Source: Massalongia carnosa
Lineage: Eukaryota
Direction of reading: 5' to 3'
DNA length: 64,000 nucleotides
Assembly: GCA_965645245.1 (NCBI GenBank)
Contig: OZ287071.1
Span: 1,054,001-1,118,000 of the forward strand
Part shown: positions 23,516-37,256 of the stretch, in pieces
Position numbering within the stretch: position 1 is the stretch's first letter
Layout: each line of letters starts with the position of its first letter
Program-made: the position numbers and the translations under genes
The notes under the pieces: model-generated
Told to the model about the DNA's origin: nothing
Databases searched by the model: none
What the model saw: only the letters and a program-made list of their open reading frames with translations

Positions 23516-24326
23516 CGCATGAGGTTGGGGACTAACTATCTGGTGAGTGGGAGCAAGGTGACAATTTACTGGAATAGGTTTATTAGGTAATTTATAATAA
23601 TCTACCCCAGATTGGCAAAATTCTAAGCGCTTCACAGAACCAAAATGTTTCCGGGACGGGTAGCAAAATTGATCTTAGCCGTTAAGTCTTCAGCATTCCG
23701 ACACTATGATTGTAGATCACTCATTAATGAATGCCGGGACAAATGGAGAAAGGTGATGGTTTTGATTTGATGTTAATATGAGGTATTGGTTTTGGATCCG
23801 GAGTTCTTGCTCCTGATCGCTTCTCTCCACGATGAGAGCAAGCCTTCCTATATACACTGCTACGGCGAAGCCAAGGGCTTCAAAAGCAGAAAGGTTCATA
23901 ACCTCCAGATGCCCTCTATAAGGGAGAATTGGAAAACAAATGTGCGCCGATACCAGTCCATAGGAGGGAGTCGCACTCGACCTCGATGGCGGTTCTCTTC
24001 CAAAACCCCCCGCGTAAATCTAGTTTAGAGTGCGAGATGCAGCAGCGTGGCCGTGATCCCGTGGGATGCAAGATTACAAGAAAGATAAGAAAAAAGCGAG
24101 GATGGGGTATGTTGAGCAAAAAAGCAATAAATCAGAAAACATTTCACCGGTCGTTCCAGCCATTCGTTGTGCTACCTGCACTTTTTCCCCGCCCCAAGTA
24201 CGCCCATGCACAGCAGCCCCGAAAGCGGGGAAAGAGACCGCGACCCAGGATGCGCAGGTGATTATGGGAAATATGATTTCTGGTGTGATGGAGGCACAGG
24301 TCGTCAACGACTTGTTGGCTCATCCG

Positions 24327-26373
24327 TCATATTAATAAGAAATCCCAGCCCTTCTGCTGCATCACGTCCCTCCAGTGGACGTTTCGCGTTTCTCCCGTCG
24401 GGCATTTTTCGCCCGATTGGTGCCATACTTCCTGAAGTAGGCGGACCATTCGGCCGAAGCTCCCGAATTCTGCGTGCTCGCCCAGACCGGCAACCCTGGC
24501 TGCGAACACCTGGCGGAACGAGGAAGCGAGGGTGCTCATGGAACCGGCTATCAGCAAAGGCCAGACTAAAGAGCGATCGAATCCTTCAGGCCCCGAGGGA
24601 ATGTATTCCATAGCGCTGGCAAAGCGAGTTATCAAGTTAAGCATGGTTTGATCATGCTTGGATGCGCCAGGTACCAGGCTGCACAAATATATACGTGCAG
24701 CCAGACGGAAGACTGCAGTCATGTTCTTGGAAAGCTGTTTAGGGCGGATAGCTCCCGTCGACGAATAAGCGTAGTCCAACGAACCTAGCGGTGGCTCTGT
24801 GCGGTTCAGGAAGTCGCTGAGCGTGTTAACGTGCACGCACAGTTGCATGTCGTCAATGCCACCTGTGGTCTTGAGCCCGTCTAGGCAAGCGATCTCGGAG
24901 ATCAGGTACATGATGTTATCTTCGCAACCCATCAGCTCGCACAGCCCGGATGTAGATCCAATCTCATTTTTCTCCCGATATACATGAGCAAAAACCGGCG
25001 ACCTTGCGATCATGGTCGCGCCAAGAATGTCGATCCACGAGGTTAGCGTCATGTTGAAAGGGGGATGCATCTTCGCGTTAGCGGTGTGGCCCATTGCATG
25101 CGGAAGTTCAAGCTTCTTGACCAAACTTGCACCCGCTTGGAAATGCTGATGCCATGCAATGTCGGGGAGAGAGTCGTCTGGTCGGCCAACCGAACATTGG
25201 AAGAATATCATACCTAGAGTCGCCTCCAAGATCTGTTGGTGGTCGGTATCACGAGCCAAGGCCTCGCAAAGCTCCGCTACGGTAGCATAACGATGTCGCA
25301 TTATATCACTATCGATTTGTTCGCCCTGTAATCCTTGGGTAGATTTTAGATGAATAGCGGCAATACTGAGACAGCAATGTAGATAACACTTATTCGACTC
25401 TAGAGCTGGCAGGATTACTTCTGACCTCGCCGAGCCATGCTGATTGACTTCGAGAACGGGAAAGATGAGGCGCAATACATTGTCGACAAAATGATCTAGC
25501 AGAGCTCTGTCGCAATCGTCGACCTGGATGAGCGCTTGTGGAGAGGATTGTTGCACCCCATGCGAAAAGTCGAAGAAGTTGAAATCCAACGCCTCTTCGG
25601 TGCTGAACATGTCCGTGCTCTCATATATATTCTCGTGGATCCATTCGTCTTCCGGGAACGAGGATAGAGTCGGGAGCGACTGCGGCGGCTGGAAGGTGCT
25701 GAAAGTCGAGATCGTGGAATCTCGTCGGGTTGGAACATCGTTTACGTACATTTGTCGTTCGGTCTTGATGTCCACTTCGTATGGCGGGGGGTGAAACGAT
25801 TGAAAGTGTGGGTTCGCGTCGTAAGGTGGGGAGAGATCATGAGATTGGTATGGATCGAATTGGTCCTGTAGATGAGCCTGGCTTAGGTCGTATCCTAGAG
25901 AGTATTGAGATTCTATCGAAGGAGCGCGAGTTCGTGCGGTAATGTCCGAGTATGTGGCGGAGGTCGGTAACGAATGTGATAATCCCGGAGGGCTGTCTAC
26001 GGCCCCTGATCCCATTTGCGTGGACTTTTCCGAGAGCTTTGTACGCTTGATGATGTTTTTGATCGTCTCCTTTTGATTTTTGCGCTGCTCATTATTACTC
26101 CACCACATAGGCCGCTTGTACTCGCACTTTAGTCCTAAATGCTTGCAGGCTTTACATTGGCCCTTGCCCTCGTCGCACTTTTTTCTTCGAAGACGGCAGG
26201 TGAAGCAGCCTGAATCACATGGTTAAAGGAATTCATAGCTCTCAAACGTTGTCCCAGCACTGACCTGATCGCGACCTTCGGTGCATTTTGGTTGTGGTAG
26301 GTTTGGCGGGAGAGGATTTTGGCGCCGTCATCGCTGATGACTTGCTAGACTGCTCAGCCGAAGTAGCCGACAT
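24327..26373 (-). CDS. pro1: Zn2Cys6 developmental transcription factor, Pro1/NosA/ADV-1 family (one intron at about 26210-26264)
   Basis: HRRSRS|GCFTCRLRRKKCDEGKGQCKACKHLGLKCEYKRPMWWSNNEQRKNQKETIKNIIKRTKLSEK plus a fungal-specific TF domain ending VHWRDVMQQKGWDFLLI. Confidence 0.9.
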
Positions 26374-29300
26374 AATGATTCCTCTGCGTTTGCTTGTTAT
26401 TTTTCTTTTGGAGATTCTTGGGATTCGTGACTTGGAATGCGAATGTCTTGGACGAGATAGTATTTGTTGACCGTGGCAGGTACCTAGCTAGACCGGGGTG
26501 GGGAGGTGGGTTGCTATTGCGTGAGCGAATATCAAAGCCCGACCAGCTGGCTTCGATGGATGATAAGGAGGAGGACGAGGTGAATTAATGTTGAGCAATG
26601 TGCACACGATCTGCCGTACCAACCCTTGAAATCTGGCTTTGGGCATGATGGTTATATGTTGAATATGGGCAATCGTGGACCTGGAGGCCGTATTCGCAGA
26701 AGCCACCGTTCTAAATTTACTCGGTGCTATGAAAGTACTAGTGTACGTACCGTATGTTGTGGAACGAATGTCCACTGCTCCACGAGAGTAGCGCAGGACG
26801 CTAGCGAGTCGGCACCAACAGGCTTCGCCGCAAGCACCTAAGCTCCCATAATAGGTAAGCATTTGAGGGGTAAAGCAGGTAATTGTGGTTCATTTAGTGA
26901 GATTGGGTGCTATTTGCCCACTCAAACCCTCAAGATTGGGTGCTATTTTTGCAACCGACGCGCCCAAAGCGGGTAGTTGGCAAAGCAAAGATCGCATCCG
27001 TACCTCCTTGTGAGGGGGGATATCCAAATAAAGCGTCAGAATCTGGAAAGATCACCCGCAGCTTGCAGCTTTTCATCACGAGCTAAGGCACTCGCTACAT
27101 AGCGTGATGCAGCCAGCGAACGTTTAACCATGTTCGATAACCCACGCTGATGCACGCCAAACGTTCTTGCTGTCAGGTCGAAATGAAAGAATCATCCATC
27201 GCATACCCGGCCTTCACTCCGTGCGCCGGCGCCGGCCAAGCCAATGAATATCGCCATCACTCTCGTCACAGCTGCAGAAACGCAAAAACAGCAAACACCT
27301 GTTGCGTGTCCGAGCGAGGCACTATTGAGGTCGGGACGTGCTTTGGATTGTAGTCACTCCGGCTTGTTAACTCTATACTCCTTGCTCGATAATGGTCTCC
27401 GATCTCGAGTCCATTTTCGATAGCTTCCAGCCACAGCGAAATTGAAAAGCCTTGCACCTCGAATCACCCAACCAAGACATTCTTTCCCTGCCTCTGGTTA
27501 GAATCGTAATTCGCTTCCTTCGAACCAATGAGCCATACAAAGTCGCAACGCTAGGTCAAAATCTAGATTTGCCAGGGAGTTAATGCGTTCGCTTTCGGTC
27601 ATTTTGCTCTCAATATAACAGGGTGTGTACTCTGTCATCCTGTCGAGGTCGTGAATGGATGCGCAGGAGCTCCAGTCCGGAGAAGCTAGTGAAGGTGGAG
27701 TAGCGTGTTAAGACGTCCGGCGCTTCTGGTTCGTCCCGCAAGACCGCCTTGGTCCTCCCTAGCGTCTCTAGCGCACTATCGGAATGCATATCAAGTCCTC
27801 AACATTTGAATGTCAACTGCGGGGATGTGACACGGCCCATTGCATGCATATGCAGGCACGCACTGATACCGATAAGGAGGGGCTTGTTCAGACAAAATTA
27901 GCCATCTTTAGTTCGATGTGGGGACATAATAAGGCTGCAAACGTGAGTTTTACTGTCTTAGATTAATACACAGCAATGATCCGACAATTCGTACTCTTTG
28001 GGAAGTATTTCTAAGAATAAATATACATAATTAACGCATGAACTTAGAGTTAAACATATCCAATCACAGTGCTGGCGCCATATCAGCGGAGTTGAGAGCA
28101 TGTGACTTGCTGAATGACCCCGGTTGACGGTCGTAATGTAGATCGGATCATCTGACGTGCTTGATTCGCTGTAAGGTACTGTGTACCTCCTTGCCATGTC
28201 TTTCGGAGTGGCAAAGTCATTCGACAAAGCAGCTGATTCAGTATATTGTGAGAGCCTCCCATAAGGTAGAAAGGACTTTGAGTGGTAGCTGTGCGCCTTG
28301 TGATCAACTCCTTAGGATGCTGTATTTCAATAGCTCAATCCTGATATCAGGTATTTAGCTTGGGTTATTACGATCGCCACCTTTCATCAAAAGGTTTTAA
28401 ATAACGAGATGAACTTTTAGCCAGAGACAGATACCAGTGAAAGTTGTTTCATTAGAGCTGCACCGTCATACTGTCCACTGACAAGATAAAGTCAGCCTTT
28501 TTAAAAAAAACTCATGATATCACGATCCCACTCGTAATTCTGTATGGTTCCTTCGCGGTCTGAACTAAAGAAATGTCTCATTGGCAAATGAGGTTATGAC
28601 GTTGTGCAGGTCGTTGGCCCGTATCTCATGACAAGGCATGAAGCGGAACACGGTGTATTTCCGACATCTCAAACCAATCGAAAACGAAAACAGCGTTTTT
28701 TCTCTGTGAATAGTGAAATGGTCAAAACCCACGATCGCTGAATGCTTGGGTCCCCTGATCTAAAGAACCCGCATGAGAATTAAGTCATGTGAGTTGACCG
28801 TGAGCAGTTTCATTGGGTGCGTTCCTACATATGAAGATTCCAGTTGCTGGATTCTGAGTACAGATTCAGTGTGTGATATTGGCCCACTGTGGACATCGAC
28901 AGATTCTAGGTGTGGCCGTGACTATTGTTCCATCGGAAACTCCTGCTTCTGATTGGCAGGCAAAAACTTCGATGCCGTTAGTAACGGCTGCAGAGCATAT
29001 CAACAGCTTTCCCCCGCATAATGTAGGCACTCGGAACAATGGGATCCACATCAGATAAATCTCGTGCTACCAGCCACCTGACAAGTGAGTGGGCCGACTG
29101 TATGTCGATAAACGTCTTTCTGCACGCGCAAGATGTATGTTCTCTGCAGGTTTATTGCCATTGGCATTGGCATTGTCAGAGTCATTCACACATAGAGTGA
29201 AATCCCTGCTGGAAAACAGCTGTGAAGAACTCAACGTTGTAGCTTGGGTTGGACATAAGGTACGGTGTTGCAGCTATGGGTTGAATATGTTGAATGTGTT

Positions 29301-29988
29301 GATTTCTTTTTTATGATAAGAAACCATCATGATTAGGTAAGTCCGTTGAAGTGAGCCGAGCGCGGATGCAAACAGAAGGATTTCATTGGCTCGAGTAAAG
29401 GGTTATTTGCATTTTCAGTTCAGCGGCTAGAGAACGATAGGCTGTTAGAGACTAGATACTTTCCGGTGTGATATAGTGGGGGGGAACCCGCTGATTGGCA
29501 GCACATGCAGGCACTTACCATCTTAGGGCAACTTAAAACTAGGGCACGAGAGAATATACACTCAACTCTAGACAGGTTTGAGAAGAAACGCACCTTAGCC
29601 AACCTCAAGACGTGCCGCCTATTAACTCGTCACTCCCGCTGCAAGGTGATCGCTCTCGTTTTTTCTACCTTGCTCTCTTTCTGAGGAAAATTCCGCCGCT
29701 ATGGCCCGTGCAAAGCGCTCTCCGCATACCTCCCCCCCTCCCCCTCCCCCAATACCCCAACATCGTGAGCTTCTACAAAATCACCCCGACCCCCCCGATT
29801 GCCCACAGGGCTTTTCTTTTCCTCTTTCTCCGTCCTTCATGCAATTTTCTTTCCTATACAGAATAAATTATAAGACGTTCATCCGCAAGGATAATATACC
29901 TGCTTGTGACCTACATCGAATGTTTGCTGTCCGTTGCTGGTTCGATTGACTAGTAGATCACCACTGCCTTTCGCTCTCCGCACGTATA

Positions 29989-32250
29989 ATGGTAAGCTAC
30001 ACTCGAGGTAAAACATCATGGTAGAGTACTAATGTAGGTCAGGCTTTCACATCGGCAGCGTCATGCCGGAGAGAGACCGAAATGTTCCAAAAGGGACTGG
30101 CACAGCCGATTTTCTCGTCGAGGACGTCGACTGCGCGCCCCCTCTCCGAAGCAACCGAGATGTATGATACGGACTTTGAAGATGAACTAAGCGAGGGAGA
30201 TGATTATTCTGGCCGGAGAAGCGAAGATTCGGTACTGCGTAGCCCCATCCATATGCCTCGGACCCACGGCTAACTGACTGGTTAGTTTGGTAAACGAAGC
30301 GATACTGATACAACCCTATCATCCTTCGATGAACTACGGACACCTAGCTTACATGAATATGACGGCTTCAACTTTCCGCTGGAGAAGAAGTATGTGCCGA
30401 CAAAGCCCGTGGAAGGCCCCACCGGGCCTCATCTCTTTCGAGCCTCGCAAGATGGAACGCAGGAAGTTGATCTCTATCTTTCCATGTCCCCCGTTTGGTT
30501 TCCTGAACAGGACAGGGCCGGTCCCACCGAAACTGTTAGTCTTTACCGTCAGCAGAAGCCGGCTGAAGTCTCTCTTAATTGTGTGCCATTACGAGACTGG
30601 ACGCCACGACATGTCGCTAGTTGGATGACTACTTCGGGCTTCGAGGATTCAGTGGTGGAAAAGTTCCGCATGCATGACATCTCCGGGGCTATCCTTCAAG
30701 ACCTTCAGTTCGGAGATCTTAAGGAGCTAGGCATTCTATCCTTTGGTCAACGTCACTGTTTGTGGAACGAGATTCGAGCATTGAGAAGCAAGGACTTAAA
30801 CAATCTTGCCATGAACGCAGCCGAGTGTCCCAATCCAGCAACACCGGAAGATGAAGCGAGATCACCCACAGCTGGGCAACGCCGAGCTCGACGAGTCCGC
30901 AGATCCGATGACATTATATCTCCTGGGGAGTCTGCCTCAATCGTCGCCATCGAGCAGCTTCTCCCGAAGCCGCACCACTGCTCGAAAGGGGAGAATTGCT
31001 CGAAATGGCAGAAACAACAGCGAAAGCTGGCAAAAATTGCCAAGGAGTTTCCCATGGAACTAGAGCAGATAGGGGAAGCTGGATCTTCTCCTACTAACAC
31101 TTCAATGCGGCCAACGTCCGAGGCTGTGCCTTCGGTCGTTGCTTCGTCTGATGTCTTCGGGCCAGAACGTTTTCCAACCCTCCGCCTTGATGAAGATATG
31201 CTTCGTGTCGTTCAAACACGTGATCCTTTGGAGAATGTACGGCAGTTCCTGAATTTCCAGCACCTGGGTGAGCCAATGGACGAGCCTACGACTCCTCCGT
31301 ATGAGATGTTTCCGCCACTATCACCACCGAGAAACACCCAGGCACCGCATGATAACTTGAGACGACTTCCGAAGTTGACCATTCCCAACAAGCGACAGCC
31401 TGATGCTCTTTCCCCGAACCGCACCGCCATTCCACACAGTGCAATCTCAAATGCTGTCATGGAGCGTAATGGGCGTAACGAACCTAAAGTCATCTACCGT
31501 GTTGGAAGCCCGGCTTCAGAAATGGATGTTCCCATAACTGCCATTCCGCTTGGTCCGGTTGCCCGTGACGAATCTCAGTCCGTCCCCCCGGACATGAGAT
31601 TTGGTGGCCACGGCCTCAGCCGCTCTTCACGAGTTGAACCGCGAATCCAACCCTTCGTCCCTCTCAACCGACCCCAAACTTGTGCGCCGATGGAGCGATC
31701 CGCATCTCGTGTATCCAATCGCCGCCAACCGAGCTTCGCCATGGAGCGAGTTGATGAGGTTGTTATCTCCCCGATCGACGCTCGGGATGAAATGACCCCA
31801 ACTATCAACGACGTGAATCATTCCGGCTGGATGAAAAAGCGCAAGACAAAAATGCTTCGCCATGAATGGCATGAGAACCACTTCCGCCTTAATGGCACTC
31901 GTCTTGCCATGCATCGTGATTCCAAGACTCTTGACGCCCTTGAGTCCATTGATGTGGATGAGTACGCCGTTGCGTGCTCCTCCCTCGCCTCCAACAAGCT
32001 TGGCGCAGCATTTAAGTCACTGAAGCTTAGCGGTAAAAAGAAAGAGAACGACCCAACGGCTTTTAGCTTCCAGCTCGTTCCTGCCGCCGAGAAGAAGGGT
32101 ATGCTCCATGCCGCGACGGGGAAGACGCATCACTTCGCCGTCAAGACCCGGGACGAGCGAATCGACTGGATGCGCGAGCTGATGCTTGCCAAAGCGTTAA
32201 AGCAAAAGGCCGATGGTTGCGAGATCAACGTTAATGGCAACATGATCTAG
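29989..32250 (+). CDS. SAM- and PH-domain protein (Boi1/Pob1-like architecture without an evident SH3); ATG-only first exon and two introns
   Basis: SAM: WTPRHVASWM...FRMHDISGAILQDLQFGDLKELGILSFGQRH. PH: HSGWMKKRK...HHFAVKTRDERIDWMRELMLAKA. Confidence 0.88.
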
Positions 32251-33314
32251 CTTCTCCTATGTGTTCTTTTTATCCCTTTTATGTATAAGTCCCCCCTCCT
32301 CGTCCGTGCCTGGGCTTTTTCTTATTCGTCTGGTACATATCCGTTAGGGTTGGAAACATTGCATAGCGATCACTCATTGGGAGGGTAATATTTGCTTTTG
32401 GTCTGATTTCTATCGTTCTGGGCGGCATAGCGTGGGCCTAAAGGCCATTATTGTTTCCAAGTTTTTCTACCTCGACGAAACCCTTCGGGGAGGTTTCAAC
32501 TTTACGAGCGGTTCTTTAGTCACGTGCTTGACGATACCCATACCCCCAAACTTAACTAGAGATACAAACTAGAAGCACCAGTCTTCCCCGAATATTATAG
32601 CGTCGTTGATTCCACTCACCGTTCACAATACCCAATCCCAATTTGTCATGCCGAGATATGTCATCTCCTCCCATCTCCATCAAGGCGTGTTAGGTTGATC
32701 CTCCGCAAGCAATCGCCAGGCATTCTTCAGAGCACGTTACCCTTCCTTCGTGTCCTTCGATCCAGTGTTTGCATATTGCCAACCTTCAAATAAAGTGCAC
32801 ACCGATATAGATGATACCAAGGTAATCTACCTATCACAATCAAGAGTTCGCGTGATCCATTCCTTCAATCAGGAATAGGGGCGTCCCGGCTCATGCGTCT
32901 GAATGGGTAAAGGTTCTTGCGGAGCGAAAATTTTGGTTCCCTGGGCCCATCACCCGAATTTTCCAGTCCGCTTTCTAATGTTTTCCATATTGATTGATGA
33001 GACCTCACGTTACCATATCCTTAAATAGAAGAGAATAGCAACATTCGAAGCAGCCGTGTACTGAATGAACCCTTTCACTCCGAAGGCCGAAACCCTCGGG
33101 AAATGGTTGTCTCTTCAAGCCTTTTGGGACATCGACAGTGAAGCGAAGTTCAAAGCATGAGACTTTAGGTACCCGGGACAGAAACGGCTCGGTGCAAATG
33201 GCTCGTATGCACCTTTGCGGATTGAACTCTGTAGGCGTCGTCATAGTTCTTTCAACTCACTGTATATCATAGCCCTTCAGCTATGAGGAACTCATTTATC
33301 GCTATCACATCACT

Positions 33315-34089
33315 ATGCATTTTCTCCTCCGTTCGCCTTTGGTGATAGCTCTCCAGGTGGGAATGGCCAATCCCTTACCACAAGATTCAATCAATATGAA
33401 GTCATTCGCATTCAACTATTTTCCCCTGGAGGACTCCTCCACAAAGCCGCTACCTTCAAGTTCAATACAGCCAGATACAGGTCAGGATCAACCTGTCTGG
33501 GAAGCTAATCTTGACGACTCTCCGATAGGCTCAAGCTCGTTTGCCCGAAACGAGCCCATCTTGGATTTTGCCAATCCAGTTATTTTTAGTCCAGGCGAGT
33601 ATATCGCCTTGACGGAATCGAACCAAGACCCTTGCGACATCAGTAGGAAGAACGGTAAAGTAGATGGCAAAGAGTGTCCAGCTCAAGCCGAGACCGACGA
33701 AACCACTGAAGCAAAGCCAAAGCCTGCTGCGCTGGACTATGATGAGAAGAATAGGTGCAAGACGAGACCATATCGAGAGCACCTCTGCTGCGATGGGGAA
33801 CTAGGTCCGCAGAGCAACTTGGGCGGAGGATTGTATTTTTCGTACGTCGATGACTGCTTCAAAAGTAGGCATCCAGCCGATCTAGAAAGGGAGCCGATGA
33901 TGATTGACGCTAGGTGCTTTCAGTTGAGGGAGCGTGTCCGAAAAAGTACGATGTTTGCTGCGTCGGGTGGGCAGTTAGTTGAAGTTCCGTCGGCCTATTT
34001 CCATAACGCAGAAGGCTTACATGGAGCAGATGCTTGAAAAGAGACATTATGGTTACGGTTGCGTTTATGCCTTGTCGCTAATAAACTGA
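33315..34089 (+). CDS. Putative secreted protein with a C-terminal 8-Cys hydrophobin-like pattern (model 33315-33864, 33924-33973, 34030-34089; ~219 aa)
   Basis: Signal-peptide-like start MHFLLRSPLVIALQVGMANPLP. Spliced C-terminus RC..HLCC...DDCFKIEGACPKKYDVCCVGWA|MLEKRHYGYGCVY. Exon boundaries are inferred. Confidence 0.6.
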
Positions 34090-35343
34090 TGAACTCTGTT
34101 ACTTTTCCTTCCCCTTGGTCTTCAAACCTATATGCAAAGATGGGAAACCTCTGCTGCTTATCACTCTGAACCCGATAACACGGCATCCTGAGATACCATA
34201 TGCATCTTTGCGGCCTAAGAAGTGCTGCCATGTTTCCAAATTAAAAGAAAGCCTTCCACTTTCACAACGCCACCAAGCTACGCCGATCAACTGCACAGCA
34301 CGCCCTCAACGATGATCTAGAAAAAATCCCTTCCTAAGGCTGGAGCATCATCCTGCCAGATTCCGAAATCATATACCAAGCCTCAACTTAGCAGCCATGT
34401 CCGCGACTCTTTCCTCTTGGCTAGAAAGCCGCTGCCCAGATAAATTTCGAGAAGTTGAGCTGCTCGAGAATGAACGTGTCTCCGCCGGGTAGTTGCTCCC
34501 CAGCCAGCTCCGTAGGGTTTATGTCTATCTCAATCCCTATCCCCATCTCCCTTCCAAACCTAACTCCTTCACAGAAGGTCCCATGACGAAATACATACCC
34601 ATCTACTACTTAGGTGTCTAGTCTCCTTTTGAGCGTAAAAGCTCGCTCCATCCCCCCCCTCCCCCCCAATCTCTCTCTTCGATTAAGAAGCCTATTCAGC
34701 TGGTCTTTTCGCAAAACGAACGCAACTTTCCGGAACTATATCCGACGATGGGGAAATAGCTTGGTTGCAGCCGAGCGAGGGATCATGGGCATGGAAAAGA
34801 TATCCGTAAATACAATTTCCTTCAAGGGAATGAATCGAAACCCCCCCGGTAGCGTAAATCTGAGAAAGAAAAAAACCACTAAAGTAATAATTCCATTCAT
34901 ACGCACATATCCAAATCAAAACACCAAGGATAGCCCCCCTCTTCTAACCCAGCTAAGCCCCTATCTCTACAGAGTGATACCATCTAAGTTAATTACATAC
35001 TCAATACTCAGCACAAACTAAAAACAACAAATCGCATATCCGAGTCGCAATCCCCAGTGCCGGCCCCTCTGTCGTTTCCTCGAGCTTATCCTGTGGTTTT
35101 CCCAAAATGACCACCCTTTTATTCGTCCGTTTCCTATGGTTCGGGGGAACGAGAATCCGAATGAAGGAACCAAATGGATCGCTATCCCTTCGTCTGGCAA
35201 TTTGGCAGCCACCTTAAATAGGCTTAGTGAGATACCGTAGGGCTGAGTCGCGAACTTCAAAACATTCTCCCCTTTTTTTGTAAATAAGAAGGTAAACATC
35301 AGTTGAAAATCATTAAAACATCTACAATTTCTTTAGAATAATC

Positions 35344-37186
35344 ATGAGAGGCATTGAGATAGAAGTTCCTGACCAATCAGACGCTTTGCCCCCCTCAATT
35401 CTGAAAGAACAGGCCAAAAAGAATAAACCCAGCGTACAAAGCATAATTGACTCCATGCCCCCTCCGTCATCCAATTATTGTCCAATTTCGATCCCATTTC
35501 GAAAACCACAGCCGGACGAGACGTTGCGCTTGATAAATCAGACTCCTTTCAGTTTATTCTGCCTCTTCTTTAGCTTTGAAATGCTTGAAATCATAGCTAA
35601 AAACACCAATCTTAAAGCGAAAAAGAAGTATGCCCTAAACGACATCAAGAGACGTCAATGGCATGACACCTCTTCTTCTGAAGTAGGAGCTTTTCTGGGG
35701 ATTCTGTTATATATGGGGTATACACTGATGCCACGTCTTACTGACTATTGGAACACGTCTCCTAAATTTGCCATACATGACATGGTGATTCAAGCCATGA
35801 GTCTTCGAAGATGGGAGCAACTCAAGCGATTTTTGAAGATATCCAACCCCGACGAAGATGAGATCATTGATACTCGAGGCCCTGATTGGTGGAAAAAGCT
35901 GGAACCATTGGCCACAGACTTTCGAAAAGCATCAAAGAAATACTGGATTCCTGGAAGTCATGTGTCAGTTGACGAGCAATTGATTTTATTCAGGGGTAGG
36001 AGCTGCCATACTATGCAAATAGCCACCAAGGCGGCTGGTGTAGGCTTCAAAATCTATAGTTTATGTCAGGAAAATTATCTTTTTGACTTCTTATTTACCT
36101 CCAAGGTGAGTAGAAAAGGCCTCAATTTGCATCGTACTAATTGCAAGACAGGTGTCCAAAATTAGTGAGTTAAAAACGCCTGGACAATTGAAATTTCCGA
36201 CAACCAAATGGGATTTGTCTCCTTCCTCCCTAGTCGTCATTCAACTGGCTCGAAGTTTACCGTCTGATGAAGGCTTGAAATACGTCATCTTTCTGGACAA
36301 CTTCTTCACAAATACGAAGCTATTCAAAGCTCTGAAAACCATTGGAATTGGTGCCTGTGGGACGGCTAAATCAGGATGCGGTTTTCCTGTTGATCTTCTA
36401 CGTCTGAGGGTTGCAGCCACCAAGAATAAGGACTGGGGAAAGAAGGCATTGATGACGGTACCTGCAAATAAAAGTAAAAAATCAAACATTGATGACGGGG
36501 ACATTCTGTGTATGGCATGGGTGGATTTAAACACCGTGCAATTCATGACCACCGTTCATACAATTGAGGATTTGAAGACTTCTTTCTACAAGAATTCCCG
36601 TCGACGTCATGGAATTCCTGCAAATTCCAGAGTCATCGTTGATGATGAAGAAGAAAAGCTTCCATTTCCCATGCCCATCGTGGAATATAACCAGCACATG
36701 GGCGGGTCAGATGGGAATGCTCAGCAAAGAGCATATTATTCACCTCAAAGATCTGATCGTCGCTACTGGTGGTCAATTTTCATCTTTCTTCTGGATGCAG
36801 CCGTTCTAAATGCCTTCAAATTGTGGAGAATTCTGTATCCGAATTCAACACTCAGCCATTTGGACTTTCAAAAAGAAATAGTAAATGCCCTACTATCCAA
36901 TCAAGCCGGTACCCTACGGAAACGTCCGACAGATGTCATAGTTACTACTAATCAAGACGTTAATAAAGACGTCGAGTCAACTTGCAAATGGGAGCATTTG
37001 AATAAGAAGGACTATTGTTTGGCCTGCAAAAGGCAAGTGCCAAGACTCAAACGACGCCGACCACTTGCGGAAATTGATGAAAATTGCACCAAAAGACGAC
37101 GTGCAAGTCAGACCAGATGGCAATGTAAGAGCTGTGGACCATGTTGCAAAAAGAAGGCATGTTGGGAAATTTTACATAGATCATGA
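35344..37186 (+). CDS. piggyBac transposase, 598 aa, with one 46-bp intron (36106-36151)
   Basis: SVDEQL, FLDNFF, YNQHMGGSDGNAQQR and a C-terminal Cys-rich domain. Intron GTGAGT...TACTAAT...CAG joins the two ORF-track halves in frame. Confidence 0.92.
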
Positions 37187-37256
37187 GGGGTGATTGAGGT
37201 GTTGTACCCATTATCGTTGAAAAGGGAAAATCTGATTGGCCAGATTAAAGTTATTA

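Noticed and set aside
34500..35180. C-rich runs and the 34614-35021 ORF as ends of another transposon enclosing piggyBac 2
   Set aside because: No matching inverted or direct terminal repeat was found on the far side (39160-39730).
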